A DNA stretch of 63,367 nt, the filler included, from Globobulimina sp. (Eukaryota), in NCBI GenBank assembly GCA_003354225.1. It is 48 parts of 48 records of this genome, joined end to end, with 100 filler letters (N's around TTAATTAATTAA, not from the genome) between each part and the next. Parts side by side here need not be neighbours in the genome. Positions count along the whole stretch, not along the records: positions 23,819 to 25,041 come from PIVH01020665.1; positions 25,142 to 26,363 come from PIVH01020666.1; positions 26,464 to 27,685 come from PIVH01020667.1; positions 27,786 to 29,007 come from PIVH01020668.1; positions 29,108 to 30,329 come from PIVH01020669.1; positions 30,430 to 31,651 come from PIVH01020670.1; positions 31,752 to 32,973 come from PIVH01020671.1; positions 33,074 to 34,295 come from PIVH01020672.1; 40 more parts are not named here. One strand, 5' to 3'. The position numbers were made by a program, and so were the translations under genes. Numbering within the stretch: position 1 is the first letter of the stretch; the number at the start of each line of letters is the position of its first letter. The notes beneath the pieces are model-generated. The model saw only the letters and a list, made by a program, of their open reading frames with translations, did not search any database and was not told where the DNA came from. Below are positions 24,324 to 35,617 of the stretch, piece by piece.

Positions 24324-24456
24324 GACCGTAAATTGCATCAAATCAAAGACCGTCGATTGCATGAAATCAAAGACCGTAAATTACATGAAATCAAGGACCG
24401 TGAATTACATGAAATCAAGGACCGTGAATTACATGAAATTAAGGACCGTGAATTAC
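24324..24456 (+). repeat. 24-bp minisatellite, about 5.5 copies
   Basis: Consensus GACCGTGAATTACATGAAATCAAG, with no spacers. Confidence 0.9.
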
Positions 24457-25142
24457 GACGATACTTCTGAGTTTTTAATAACCACAAAAGTACTCATATC
24501 TTAGTTTTGAGTCAAAACGACTATCAGTTATTATTGTTGTTTGTTTTTCGAAAGAGTGACAGCTAGTTCTAATGTGCCTTGACAGGCGACACCGATAACC
24601 GTCACAGATATAAAAAGGATAAAGTACCTAACTAACCTTTCAGTTGAGTGTTAAACAAAACAAGTAGCAGGATTGCCAGTAGATCAGAAGGATTTGATGT
24701 TGAACTCCGGGGTTTCCATGTGCTGAAGAGTGAGCCGAGTGCTTCAGCTGGACTGCGATCCACTTGTCAATGTCAAAGTTGAATGTAAGACAGGGAAAAG
24801 TACAGTAAAATAAAAGGTTTTAATATAACCAAAACAAAATACAAACAAGGGACATTTTGGACTGCAAAGTACATATAAAAGTGCACAGTATAGACAGTAA
24901 AAGTACGTACGTCAGTAGAGTGAAAGTAGAAAGCAGTGATGAATGATAAACGTTACTGACAGGAGATGTTTGGGCGAAACTATTATGAACTGGGAAAGGG
25001 GTGACAGCCCGCGCATCTCGTGTCAATATTACAACAAAATGNNNNNNNNNNNNNNNNNNNNNNNNNNNNNNNNNNNNNNNNNNNNTTAATTAATTAANNN
25101 NNNNNNNNNNNNNNNNNNNNNNNNNNNNNNNNNNNNNNNNNA

Positions 25143-25278
25143 TCTCGGGTGGCACGGGCAACTGGTTGCCCGTGTTCCGAAGGAACAAAAGGAAAATCCA
25201 AAAACATAGAATATCCTCTATGAAAACAAACCCTTTTACGCTGCGCGCACTGGCAAAATTTGCCAGTGCCACCCGAGA
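25143..25278. repeat. Inverted pair of REP-like palindromes (bacterial)
   Basis: TCTCGGGTGGCACGGGCAAC-TG-GTTGCCCGTG (25143-25174) and GCACTGGCAAA-A-TTTGCCAGTGCCACCCGAGA (25247-25278). Confidence 0.7.
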
Positions 25279-25542
25279 ATGCCGGGATCTTCCCCATTGC
25301 AACGCAGCTGAGAGCCGATGGTTTCCATGGAACAAGGGAGCAAATTGTTTGAGCGGTGAAACGTCGATTATTTTGAATGCGGAAAAATATTATCAATGCC
25401 TTTTGCAAGGCGTTTTGAATAATGAAGCGCCAAAAAAATAATAAGATGGCTGATCCCGCCGTGAAAATCAGTGGATCGAGGGAAAATACATATATTTCTA
25501 TGGGGTTTACCAACAACAAACAGATCGGGCCGCTTATTCGTG

Positions 25543-26363
25543 CTAGTATATTGTCCGAATTAATGCTTCATCTCGAATTATTCTCTTAACCACGAATTCT
25601 CCGAGACTGTTATTAACAAAAAACATTCTAAATACCAAAATCCGAATATCAAATAGGATGCTGTAAAAAATACGTTTATCCTTTTTCCTGATAATTTTAT
25701 TAATTTTTCTTCGTAAGTCTTTGTTGCGAAGGGCAATTGATTTGATAATGTATTTGGAAAAATATCGTTTAAGCATTTTGACTCTCCATTTTTCCAATTT
25801 ATTCCCATCAAATATATTTAAGTATTTGGCATGACGATAGGTTGATTCAATATATTCCTGATTATTTATGATATCTTCTATTTTCAAAGACTTACTTGTA
25901 TTATCAGCGTGACTCCGCCACACGGACACATATCGATCAATAAAACCTACTTTGTGACCGATTATAAGCCTGAGAACTGACTCCCAATCTGCACTAATTA
26001 TATTTTTATCATAATACCCAATACGCATTGCCTCTTTTCTATTATAAAGCGTTGTATTGTGAGGAATTGAAAAACCTTTAAAATAATTAATAAAGAGATC
26101 ATTACCTGAACTGACTGTCGCCAATACCTTTACCTTGGGCATATTCAATTCTGCTTTAATATCATAAAGTATCCTGGAGCGTGCAAATACCATGACCATA
26201 TCATTCTTTTTTCTTATTAAATGCATTGCAGCTTTAATATAATCTTTGTCAGTCAAATAATCATCGCCATCAAGCATTAAGATATAATCACCTGATGCAT
26301 AATCATATAACGCCTTGTGGTAATTCCCAACGCGCCCAAGATTCTTTTCATTTCGATAATATC
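25543..26363 (-). CDS. Bacterial glycosyltransferase family 2, 5' partial
   Basis: YYRNEKNLG..NY....ASGDYILMLDGDDY (GT-A DxD); ADWESVLR; WRSHADNTS; intronless. Confidence 0.9.
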
Positions 26364-26599
26364 NNNNNNNNNNNNNNNNNNNNNNNNNNNNNNNNNNNNN
26401 NNNNNNNTTAATTAATTAANNNNNNNNNNNNNNNNNNNNNNNNNNNNNNNNNNNNNNNNNNNNTTGTTCCCAATATCAGGTTGGTGTCACCCTTGATTGC
26501 TTGATAATAAACCACTCCACAATCGGATTTAATAGTTGTAGCCAATCGAGGACTATGTCCGAAAAAATATATACATAAAAACAACTTCTGTCGGATATC

Positions 26600-27448
26600 A
26601 TGGCATTTTTTGCCTGTTTTAAACTCTTGTTGTGGTTTTCAATCGGCATTAATGAAGGTTCCAACATCAGCACTAATGAAAACATATACGATGTACTTGT
26701 ATTGGGAGCCGGCTTAACTGGAATCACCGCAGCTGCTGAATTGTATGTAAATGGCATCGACAATATCTTAATCATTGAAGCACAAAATTATATTGGTGGT
26801 CGCGCCAAAACAATCGAATTTGGAACAAAGAAGAAAGTAAATGTGAATATCGGAACAAGTTGGATTTATGGCGCATGCACTTCGTCATATTGCGATGACT
26901 CTGATCCTTTATTATATGAGGAAAATCCGGTGAAATTATTAGCAGATAAATATGATATATCATACGTTTATGACAACTTTACTTCAGAGAATTATTACGA
27001 TTTTTTAGCTGAGAATCTAGACCAAGTAGCTGAGAAAATAGACTTTGATAAATTATGGGAATATTTTATAGCATACTACAACGCGACAGAATGTATCAAT
27101 GCCAGATATCATGATTTTGAACGGCTGGAAAGTGAGGAACCAGACACATTAATTTCATTTAGAGATGGCTTGGCTGCTTGTAATTGGTCTACACCGTCAG
27201 ACAAAGAGTCCCGTTTTGTGGAATGGTATGAATATGAATATGAGGAAGGTGTTTCGCCGGATCTTACAAATGTTTTATCATTTATATGGCCTTTGACTTT
27301 ATATGGAGATGAAAATTTATATTTGAACGATCGAAAAGGATTCCAAGGTATTGTTGAAGCAATGGCAGCTGACTTAGTTTCAGAATATGGCGCGGAGATA
27401 AAATTGAATGAAGCTGTGACTGATATAAATTACGAGAGCAATGACATT
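26600..27448 (+). CDS. Flavin-containing polyamine oxidase, 3' partial (probable intron from 27449)
   Basis: Signal peptide; VLVLGAGLTGITAA; IIEAQNYIGGR; GTSWIYG; DRKGFQGIV; IKLNEAVTDINY. Confidence 0.85.
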
Positions 27449-27828
27449 GTACGTAGTGTTGATAGGTGGTTAAAACACACATTTGACACATGCGTGTTAC
27501 AACCAAATTAGAAACACGCTGTCGTGACAACGGGTGTTTGTAATTATTTTGTATACACTGTTGTCACCGTATGTGATAACGGATAGTGATCACGATTTTG
27601 TTGTTACCATTGTTTTATCAACACTCAGTTATCACCATTAAGTTATTACCATTGCGTTGTTACCACTGCTAGATCACCAATGCGTNNNNNNNNNNNNNNN
27701 NNNNNNNNNNNNNNNNNNNNNNNNNNNNNTTAATTAATTAANNNNNNNNNNNNNNNNNNNNNNNNNNNNNNNNNNNNNNNNNNNNTACGCAAATAAAAAT
27801 ATTAAAAAAATACAGAGGATAATGCTCG

Positions 27829-29007
27829 TCACTCGATAACAACTTGATATACTTCGTAATCTTTTAACCAATAATTATATTGTTCTTTTGTGGTACTATA
27901 TGATGATCCGCCTAATAATGAATTACCCACAATATCATATACATTATCTGGCTGTGAATATGCATTGTATTTAGGTTGTGGATAAATACGTAGAGCACAG
28001 CCAGTTCCCCATGAAGGACCAGAGCCAGAATAATAATAAACAGCTTTTTGAGTATCTTTTGGTTTAAATATTTGTGGATTATGTCCAAATTGTGATCGTA
28101 ATAAAAAAATAAACGCATCAGGATCTGGACTAAAACCACCTGATTTTTCCCATGATTTACTAGTATATCCACCACAAACATGGTTATAATCTTTTGATTG
28201 CATAATTGTGACTGTTGCCCCTTTATTTAAATACTTTGCATGGGCAATATTTAAATCTTTTCCATCTCTGCTCATTCTATACAATAACAACAACTTTATT
28301 TTTTGTTTCTCATTATTTTTTACTACATTTTCAAACACCCATTTCCTTAAAATACTTTTCTCGTTCACATCAATTATCTTTGTTTCAGCAAACATATCAA
28401 TAATCATTAATACATTTATTGATTTAATATTGGAATATGCGGAATATATTTTCTCTTTCATTGAATAATATTTTACTTTGAATAGATATGTCCCAATGGT
28501 ATCAACCATGATATTATAAGTGCCTTCACGCAAATTTCCATCAATATCAACCTGTGTTGAATCCCATTTCTTTTCATCACACACTTCTTCTTTGTTGTCA
28601 TCATTTTTATTTTCAATATTTGCATATTCAATGTGCAGTTTTTTCTTGGTATCGCCACCCTGTTCTGCTGAGGGTATCTTCCATGAAACTTTAATCTGTC
28701 CATCAGGATTATTATTATCATATACAACTTGCTTCAAAATTGGCACAGTAATTTCTGACACCGCTCCTAAACCATTCACAAACTGTACACACAACAAATA
28801 AGTGTGTGACCAGAATGCACATATAACAAATATCTTAACTGTCACCGCATCCTTCAGATCCAATGTTATTCTCACGCACATCATTAACAATTTGCGTTAT
28901 ATTTTTTTCATTTTCAGCAATTTTCAATGTCCTCTTTTGAACTCCATCGATCGTGATTGGAATTTGTAATAATGTGTCACTTTCATATTTTATTTGTGTG
29001 ACATTAT
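27829..29007 (-). CDS. FN3 + TLDc domain protein, 5' partial
   Basis: LLYRMSRDG, GATVTI, GGYTSKSW, AFIFLL, GPSWG, DYEVY (TLDc); upstream IKVSWK..YLFKVK (FN3); candidate in-frame intron 28783-28839. Confidence 0.85.
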
Positions 29008-29107
29008 NNNNNNNNNNNNNNNNNNNNNNNNNNNNNNNNNNNNNNNNNNNNTTAATTAATTAANNNNNNNNNNNNNNNNNNNNNNNNNNNNNNNNNNNNN
29101 NNNNNNN

Positions 29108-29915
29108 GTCACGTAGCCATCGCTGACCACGCGGAAACAGTGCGTTCTATGGATAAAATAATCAAACAAAGGCTTGTATTTCAGTCCTACTAACTCCGCG
29201 CCTTTGTATTCATCGATAATCTTGAATTTGAAGCCCTTTCTGCCTTTAATGATCGCGTTTTCCTTCTTGGGTTTGTGCAGTGCGGTTTTGCCACAAATGT
29301 AGTGATTGCCCTGTTCGTCTTGGAAACGGACGTAAGTCAACTTTTCGTTCACGCACAGCGCTAAGTTGCTGGGCAAGGTCCACGGCGTCGTAGTCCACGC
29401 CAAAAAGCACGTATTCTCGAATTTGGTGTCGCTGTCGCTGAGGATGGGGAAGGTGGCGATGACTGCGGGGTCTCTGCGCATTTGATAGTTGGATTTGGCC
29501 TCGAAATTGGATAACGGCGTATTGAGGGCAGTCGAGTAGGGCATCACTTTGAAATCGCGGTATACCAAACCTTTGGCATGCAATTGGCGGAAGACCCACC
29601 ATACGGATTCCATGTAGGATTTGTCCAAAGTTTTGTAGTCGTTTTCGAAATCAATCCAACGGCCCATTCTTTCGACGGTGGTCTCCCAGTCGGAGGCACA
29701 GCGCATCACAATGCCGCGGCACTCGGCGTTGTACTTTTTGATGCCGATATTCATCACATCTTCGCGGGTCTCGATGCCGAGCTTCTTCTCGATCTCGTAC
29801 TCGACGGGCAAGCCATGGCAATCCCAACCAAAGCGGCGTTCCACGTAATGGCCGGTCATGGTCGCGTACCGACAGATGACGTCCTTGATGGTGCCGGCTA
29901 AGATGTGCCCGTAGT
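29108..29915 (-). CDS. IARS1: Cytosolic isoleucyl-tRNA synthetase, internal exon
   Basis: (H)YGHILAGTIKD, RRFGWDCHGLPVE, GRWIDFENDYKT, WTTTPWTLPSN; splice acceptor at 29916 within the HIGH-type motif. Confidence 0.95.
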
Positions 29916-30429
29916 CTGTAAGTGTGTGCGTGCGGTGTTAGAATCGGACGGAAATTTCTTTTTTATTTTATTTGTACATCAAGCAAATGTTGTTTCAGTG
30001 TTAAAGAAATAAAATATCATAAATTGACTTTAATTTTCAATTTCAGGGTACAGGACTATCACAATTGTGATACGTTCATCTTTTGACAGAGATAAAATGC
30101 ATTTTGGGGATAGAAAACATACGGGGTTTTCCAGTGGCAAATGGAGGACCGCTGTTATAGTGTTATTGTGTTTTTTTGTTTTCGATGTTGTTGAGGGAAA
30201 ACAAAGAAACTTACTCATAAAAAGTGAATGGTTTGTTGTTTTTTGATTTTTGTAATTGAGTTTTGAATGCATCAATTTTGCGCCAATAATCTATAATTTT
30301 TTCTTCTTCGCGAGGAAAACTTGGTTTTCNNNNNNNNNNNNNNNNNNNNNNNNNNNNNNNNNNNNNNNNNNNNTTAATTAATTAANNNNNNNNNNNNNNN
30401 NNNNNNNNNNNNNNNNNNNNNNNNNNNNN

Positions 30430-30558
30430 CTTCAAATAAATGATAGAAAGGAACATATTTTGTGGAATAATATTCAAACAGATGCTGAGATAAAGTATAA
30501 ATTAGCAATTTCTTTGAAACACCCCAATGATTCTGTTAGTTTGATTAACTCAATTTAA
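30430..30558 (+). CDS. SPRY-like domain C-terminus
   Basis: NIQTDAEIKYKLAISL...DSVSL*. Confidence 0.4.
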   Translation, partial: LQINDRKEHILWNNIQTDAEIKYKLAISLKHPNDSVSLINSI

Positions 30559-30790
30559 AATAATACAAAATACCATTTAAAACTATATCCAGGGATGAGA
30601 GTGATGAGATTAAAAAGTGATTTGTAAGCTTTTATCTTTTGAAGTAAAAACTCTTTTGTCAAAACTTAATTGGTTTCCCTAAAAAAAAAAAAGCTAAAAC
30701 GGGTTGGAATAATATTTTGTATAAACTTAATTAATTACAAAGATACAGATTATTATTTTATTTATGATTAATAAAACTATTAAATGTCTT

Positions 30791-31651
30791 TTATTTTTTA
30801 TTAAAATACTCATTGGGGATAACAGTTTTTTTGGATCGATCTGTTTTTTGTTGACCATTTTCTGTATAAACAATTTCAACCAAAACTGCATATGGTCGTT
30901 TCTCATGCATCGTATTATTTAATTTAAATGTTTGTTGAATACTATTCTTTGAGTTTGCAAATAATGTTTCACCATTCGCTGGTTTATTAATCTCCAATTT
31001 AATATAATTCGGCACAATAATTTTGAATGAAAACTTTGTGATTTCAAACGAATTATTATTAACAATTACTGCCGATATATTTCCTTGTTCCGACTCAAAA
31101 TTAAATACTATAAATATACCATTCTTATTATACGCTTCAATTGCTTTTGCCTTTTTTTTTTCTTTTTCTTTTTCTTTTTGCTGTGCGGATGCAACCTGAT
31201 GTTAATTAATATAAATAATATGTATAATATATGTCATATGTATATACCTGAGCAGTTTTCTTTGGTTTTGTTACTTTATCATTATCAAAACAACACACTG
31301 CACATTTTGAAACTTCCCGTTTATTTATAAAGGTACACATGGCACATTTCCATTCATCACTGTTAATTACTGGCGGTGCCCTAGCAAATGGATTAGGAGG
31401 TGGTGCACCATATAAATTGCCCATGTTTTGCATTGGAGCACCGAAAGAAGGTGGTGCCATTCCCATATTTGATGGACCTTTTTCTTCTTCACATTGATGG
31501 AGCTGCAGAGGCAGTGTATGATGGGAATGATGGAGCCCCTCTCATTGACGGTGCCGACGGTGCCGATGACATTATCGAATACATTGGAGCTGCAGCTTTA
31601 GATCTTCTGGCCATTGGTCTGGAGGACCGTGCAACGGATCGTTTGGCAACA
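30791..31651 (-). CDS. Pro-rich + RanBP2/NZF zinc finger + gamma-adaptin ear (GAE) protein, 5' partial, intron 31196-31247
   Basis: WKCAMCTFINKREVSKCAVC; the GTATAT...TCAG intron splices in frame to AYNKNGIFIVFNF...ITKFSFKIIVPNYIKLEI...IQQTFKLNN (GAE). Confidence 0.75.
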
Positions 31652-31799
31652 NNNNNNNNNNNNNNNNNNNNNNNNNNNNNNNNNNNNNNNNNNNNTTAAT
31701 TAATTAANNNNNNNNNNNNNNNNNNNNNNNNNNNNNNNNNNNNNNNNNNNNCTCTGACATACCTTAGCCGCACAATTCCCTTTCAAAAACACACAACAT

Positions 31800-32935
31800 T
31801 ATCAACGCAAACAATTTCAAACGAATTATACCTAAAAAGCCCTTAATAGGGCCATCCAAAAAGCAGTGCGGTGGCGGGGTCTCTGCAGCAATTTGCTCAA
31901 TTCGGTCCAACGCCGTCTGGCCACACAACTTGACCCACGTCACTTCGCTGCGCGGTGAGTCTCGCAATTTCTTATCGCTCCGCAACTGATATATGCTTTG
32001 ACCCGCTACGATTTGCACCACACCGGTACACGAACTGTACTCCAAACATTTATCAATCGCATCGTCCAAACTCTGGTAATTGTCGCAATTATCCGTAGCG
32101 CAGTTGGCTATAAACCCACTCAGCGGACCTTCCAGGAAACAGCCACTATTTGGATCCAATAGATCGTTTTTCAAAATATCTGCCTTTTCATACATATTAA
32201 GTTCCCCAATGATCTCATTATCCTCTTCTCCAAACGGGCGCTGATAACCTCGATTGTCATTGTTGTCATCATACACATGAGGTCGGTCTGCATTGATTTG
32301 CGCCATTTCAGGGATGAATTTGCTCCATGGATCGTCACCGGCAATTGCCTGCGCATCCAAATTCCGCGCAATATGGTCAAATTGCGCACCTTCCACCAAT
32401 TTGCGAACCGACTGTGCCTCGTTTACATCATTTTTAACCGCATTTAAATCTGGCCCTCGATTCTTGGATTCCGTTTCGAGCTGCTCTTTTTCAATGGATT
32501 TCTTTTTCATCTCCATTCGATCCGCCAATCGTTTTGCTTTGGCCTCAGAGTTTTTGCTGGAGTCTTTGCCATCTAACTTTTGTAGCTCATTTTTGTGCAT
32601 TTCATCCAGTTTCTGCTGGTCTACGACTGTGTGGACATGGCATGATTGTTTGAGTAAAGCAAGTAAAAAAACTTTAGTGAAGTACACTAAGCATACCGCA
32701 TGATTTCTGCCATGACTGCTCGCCAGAAGGTGACTCACTGACTTTGCCACCACTGCGTAACTGGTAGATTTCCCTATCTTTGACTAACTGTACTATGCCA
32801 GTGCAGAGTTCATCTTTGCTGCAGACTTCCTTTGCACTGCCGATGCTGTTGTGATTGTGACAGGCGTCATTGGCGCAGCCCGACAGAAATCCATCAAATG
32901 GGCCTTTCCATGTGCACTTCATTGGTGGTGGCGCT
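31800..32935 (-). CDS. Protein with repeated six-cysteine (PAN/Apple-like) modules, internal fragment, intron 32627-32696
   Basis: Two full and one partial copy of C...GP..GF...CA...C.N..S...A...C.....CTG.VQ.V....IYQLRS..K...SP..E..W.K.C. Confidence 0.7.
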
Positions 32936-33408
32936 GTGAGTGAGTGCGAGGATCATATTAATATATTTTATTCNNNNNNNNNNNNNNNNNNNNNNNNNNN
33001 NNNNNNNNNNNNNNNNNTTAATTAATTAANNNNNNNNNNNNNNNNNNNNNNNNNNNNNNNNNNNNNNNNNNNNTTATGTATCTATGGGCGGCGACGAAGT
33101 CGCCTCAACGGCTGATATTATTAATAAGACTTATTTTATGGATCTATTGGCGGCGACGAAGTCGCCCATCTGTCGAAACCGATTTATTTATTGTGATGTA
33201 GCTCATTGGAGCATCTTATTAAATAAGATTTGGGTTCAAATCCCAATCATCAGCCAATGTGATGCAGCCAATGTGTGTTTTATTATGTACAAGTTGTGTT
33301 TTTCGTTTCTATTTTACTACCTCTAGGGCTTTTGTATGCTCAAGTTACTGGCGTTTTTTTTGGTAAAAGTAATTAATACACATTCCATATTTGAACTTGT
33401 TTCTGTTT

Positions 33409-34053
33409 TTATACATATGTTTCTGTATCAATCATTCTTTGATTAGTATATGAGTGGAATCTGAATAGGTATTGTTCACATTGAATTTGTTTTGCTTTAA
33501 AAACAATGGATCGAATATCATAAATATCAAAACTAACATATCCGCCCTCTCCGCGTATTAATAATTTATTAAAATTATCCCACCTCTCATCGCCATGCAC
33601 ATTTCCAATCTTGAATCCAATCTTGAATCCGTAAACAAAACACACTCTCTTTCTTTTTATTTCTATTATAATTATCTCGGTATAAATCCCTAATAAATTG
33701 TGTGCTGAAACAATATTTTCTCCATCAATGTTGGTGAATTTATGCTTGCCTAAAAATGACTTGTTAAACCATGGTGTTTGTGGTTTGAATTGTTTTTCAA
33801 ATTCAAATGATAAAAATATCTCTAATTGGATTAATTGCGTATTTCCACGTCCTTTGTTTATGGTAAATGGTAACGATTCAATCTCATTTAAATAGGTTGA
33901 ATTTGACGCATTATATTTTCTTAATTTTAATTCTGAGCCATTTTCATTTAAATTGCTCCAATTTTCATCGCCAAATAATTGATAAATGCCAGCAATGGAA
34001 ACAAACACAAATGATTTATCCATGCATTTGTTCATAAATTGCATTTCTAACAA
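33409..34053 (-). CDS. Hypothetical protein
   Basis: 214-aa ORF in AT-rich DNA, no recognised motif. Confidence 0.4.
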   Translation of the reverse strand: MLEMQFMNKCMDKSFVFVSIAGIYQLFGDENWSNLNENGSELKLRKYNASNSTYLNEIESLPFTINKGRGNTQLIQLEIFLSFEFEKQFKPQTPWFNKSFLGKHKFTNIDGENIVSAHNLLGIYTEIIIIEIKRKRVCFVYGFKIGFKIGNVHGDERWDNFNKLLIRGEGGYVSFDIYDIRSIVFKAKQIQCEQYLFRFHSYTNQRMIDTETYV

Positions 34054-34639
34054 AAACCTGTCGCCTAAATATGAAAATCTTTCATTGCAAATAAATCTTT
34101 TTTCGCTGATAATTAAATCATTGCTCTGATACAGGCATAGATTTTTAAGACCTGTTCGACAGCATTGCGCTCGGATGGTGACTATTAGAGAAAGCGTTTT
34201 TGAACAGTAAAAAAATTCAGTACTAATCGGAGGCCTATTGTTGGTTACATTTTTTTTGCTTTGTTTTTTCTAGCAGAAAAAAATGTAATCAACAANNNNN
34301 NNNNNNNNNNNNNNNNNNNNNNNNNNNNNNNNNNNNNNNTTAATTAATTAANNNNNNNNNNNNNNNNNNNNNNNNNNNNNNNNNNNNNNNNNNNNACATG
34401 TTGAACAAAATTCACAACATGTTCAACATGTTGCTGACCCACAGAATGAAAATCTCTTAGAAAGTGTCCACACTACTGCTAACTAACTATTTTCTGAGAG
34501 CTAATACATAAAACTTCGAAGAACACTCAGTGCATTGCATGCTGGGAGCGTGGATTAGTTAAAAGTACTCATTCCACACCTCTCTATGCATGTATATGCA
34601 ATCCAAAAGTCATTTGAAAAATATTCCTCCACATAGGAA

Positions 34640-34706
34640 TTCGATAATGGTAAATAGAACAAAAATGGATTAATCCAGAAGATTCAGGTTCAAATCCTGA
34701 GGCCAC
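34640..34706 (+). other. Degenerate tRNA-like / SINE-head remnant
   Basis: Box A-like TAATGGTAA and a perfect T-arm TCAGG-TTCAAAT-CCTGA; no acceptor stem. Confidence 0.35.
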
Positions 34707-35429
34707 AGCGATATATTAAAAAATAATTAATTGAATAATTGATGGCGCAATTTCTAGCTACCAATTCGAATAGATTTGAATATGAATTATTTATGATGGG
34801 TGATATGAAAATATATTATTTATGGTTGATTAATATGAATTCGAAGGTGAAAAAAAATGTATTAATTTATTTGGATTTAGGGATTAAAATAAAAAAAAAA
34901 TGGTGGTAAAAGAAAATATTTTATAATTTAGTGGCGATCTTCACTATGAAAAAAAGGGAATTTTGTGATGTACCACGGATTGAAATCATTGAATAAAAAA
35001 TTGAGAAAGAAAGAAGGAATTAAGTGGTGGTTACCATGTACTGTAAACTGAATGAAAAAAATTGAAAAAATGAATGAATTTGGTGGTGATTACCACGTAA
35101 ACTGAATGAATTTTTTTAGAAAAAGTTGAAAAAATGAGGATAATGATGAGCTATTGCATGTCCATCATTATAATCATAAGCTGTACGTTAGAAACGAATA
35201 AATTTTAATTGTGTGCAAGGAGAGATATCTGACAGTTAACTGTCAGATAGACAAACAAAATTAAATTATGGTGATGAGCCAAAATTAAATTATGGTAAAC
35301 TAGCAAATCATTATATTTCTTTTTTTACCACAGTTTGTGGGCATCTTTTTCTTTTTTCCCTTGTTTTTTCATTCAGTTTTAACCATAAATATTACAGGGT
35401 TTTCAAATGTTGGTTGGTTATGACAAAGC

Positions 35430-35617
35430 TTTATCATGACTTTTTTTTCTTTATCATGACATTTTTTCTTATCATAACATTTATTCTTTATCATAACTTT
35501 TTTCTTTATCATGACGTTTTTTTTTGTCATGACTTTTTTTCTTTGTCATGACTTTTTTTTCCTTATCATGACTTTTGGTTTTTTTATTCAAATTACCATT
35601 ATCCTTATCATGACATT
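35430..35617. repeat. About 20-bp degenerate tandem repeat T(n)CTTTATCATGAC
   Basis: About 8-9 units with a variable T-run and a TCATGA/TCATAA core. Confidence 0.8.

Noticed and set aside
24324-24456. CRISPR array
   Set aside because: Units are directly adjacent with no unique spacers, and there are no cas genes
25090-25519. Short ORFs overlapping the REP-like region
   Set aside because: No recognisable motifs; they overlap palindromic repeats and are likely intergenic
35430-35617. CRISPR array or telomeric repeat
   Set aside because: Degenerate T-rich tandem units without spacers; not a G-rich telomere motif
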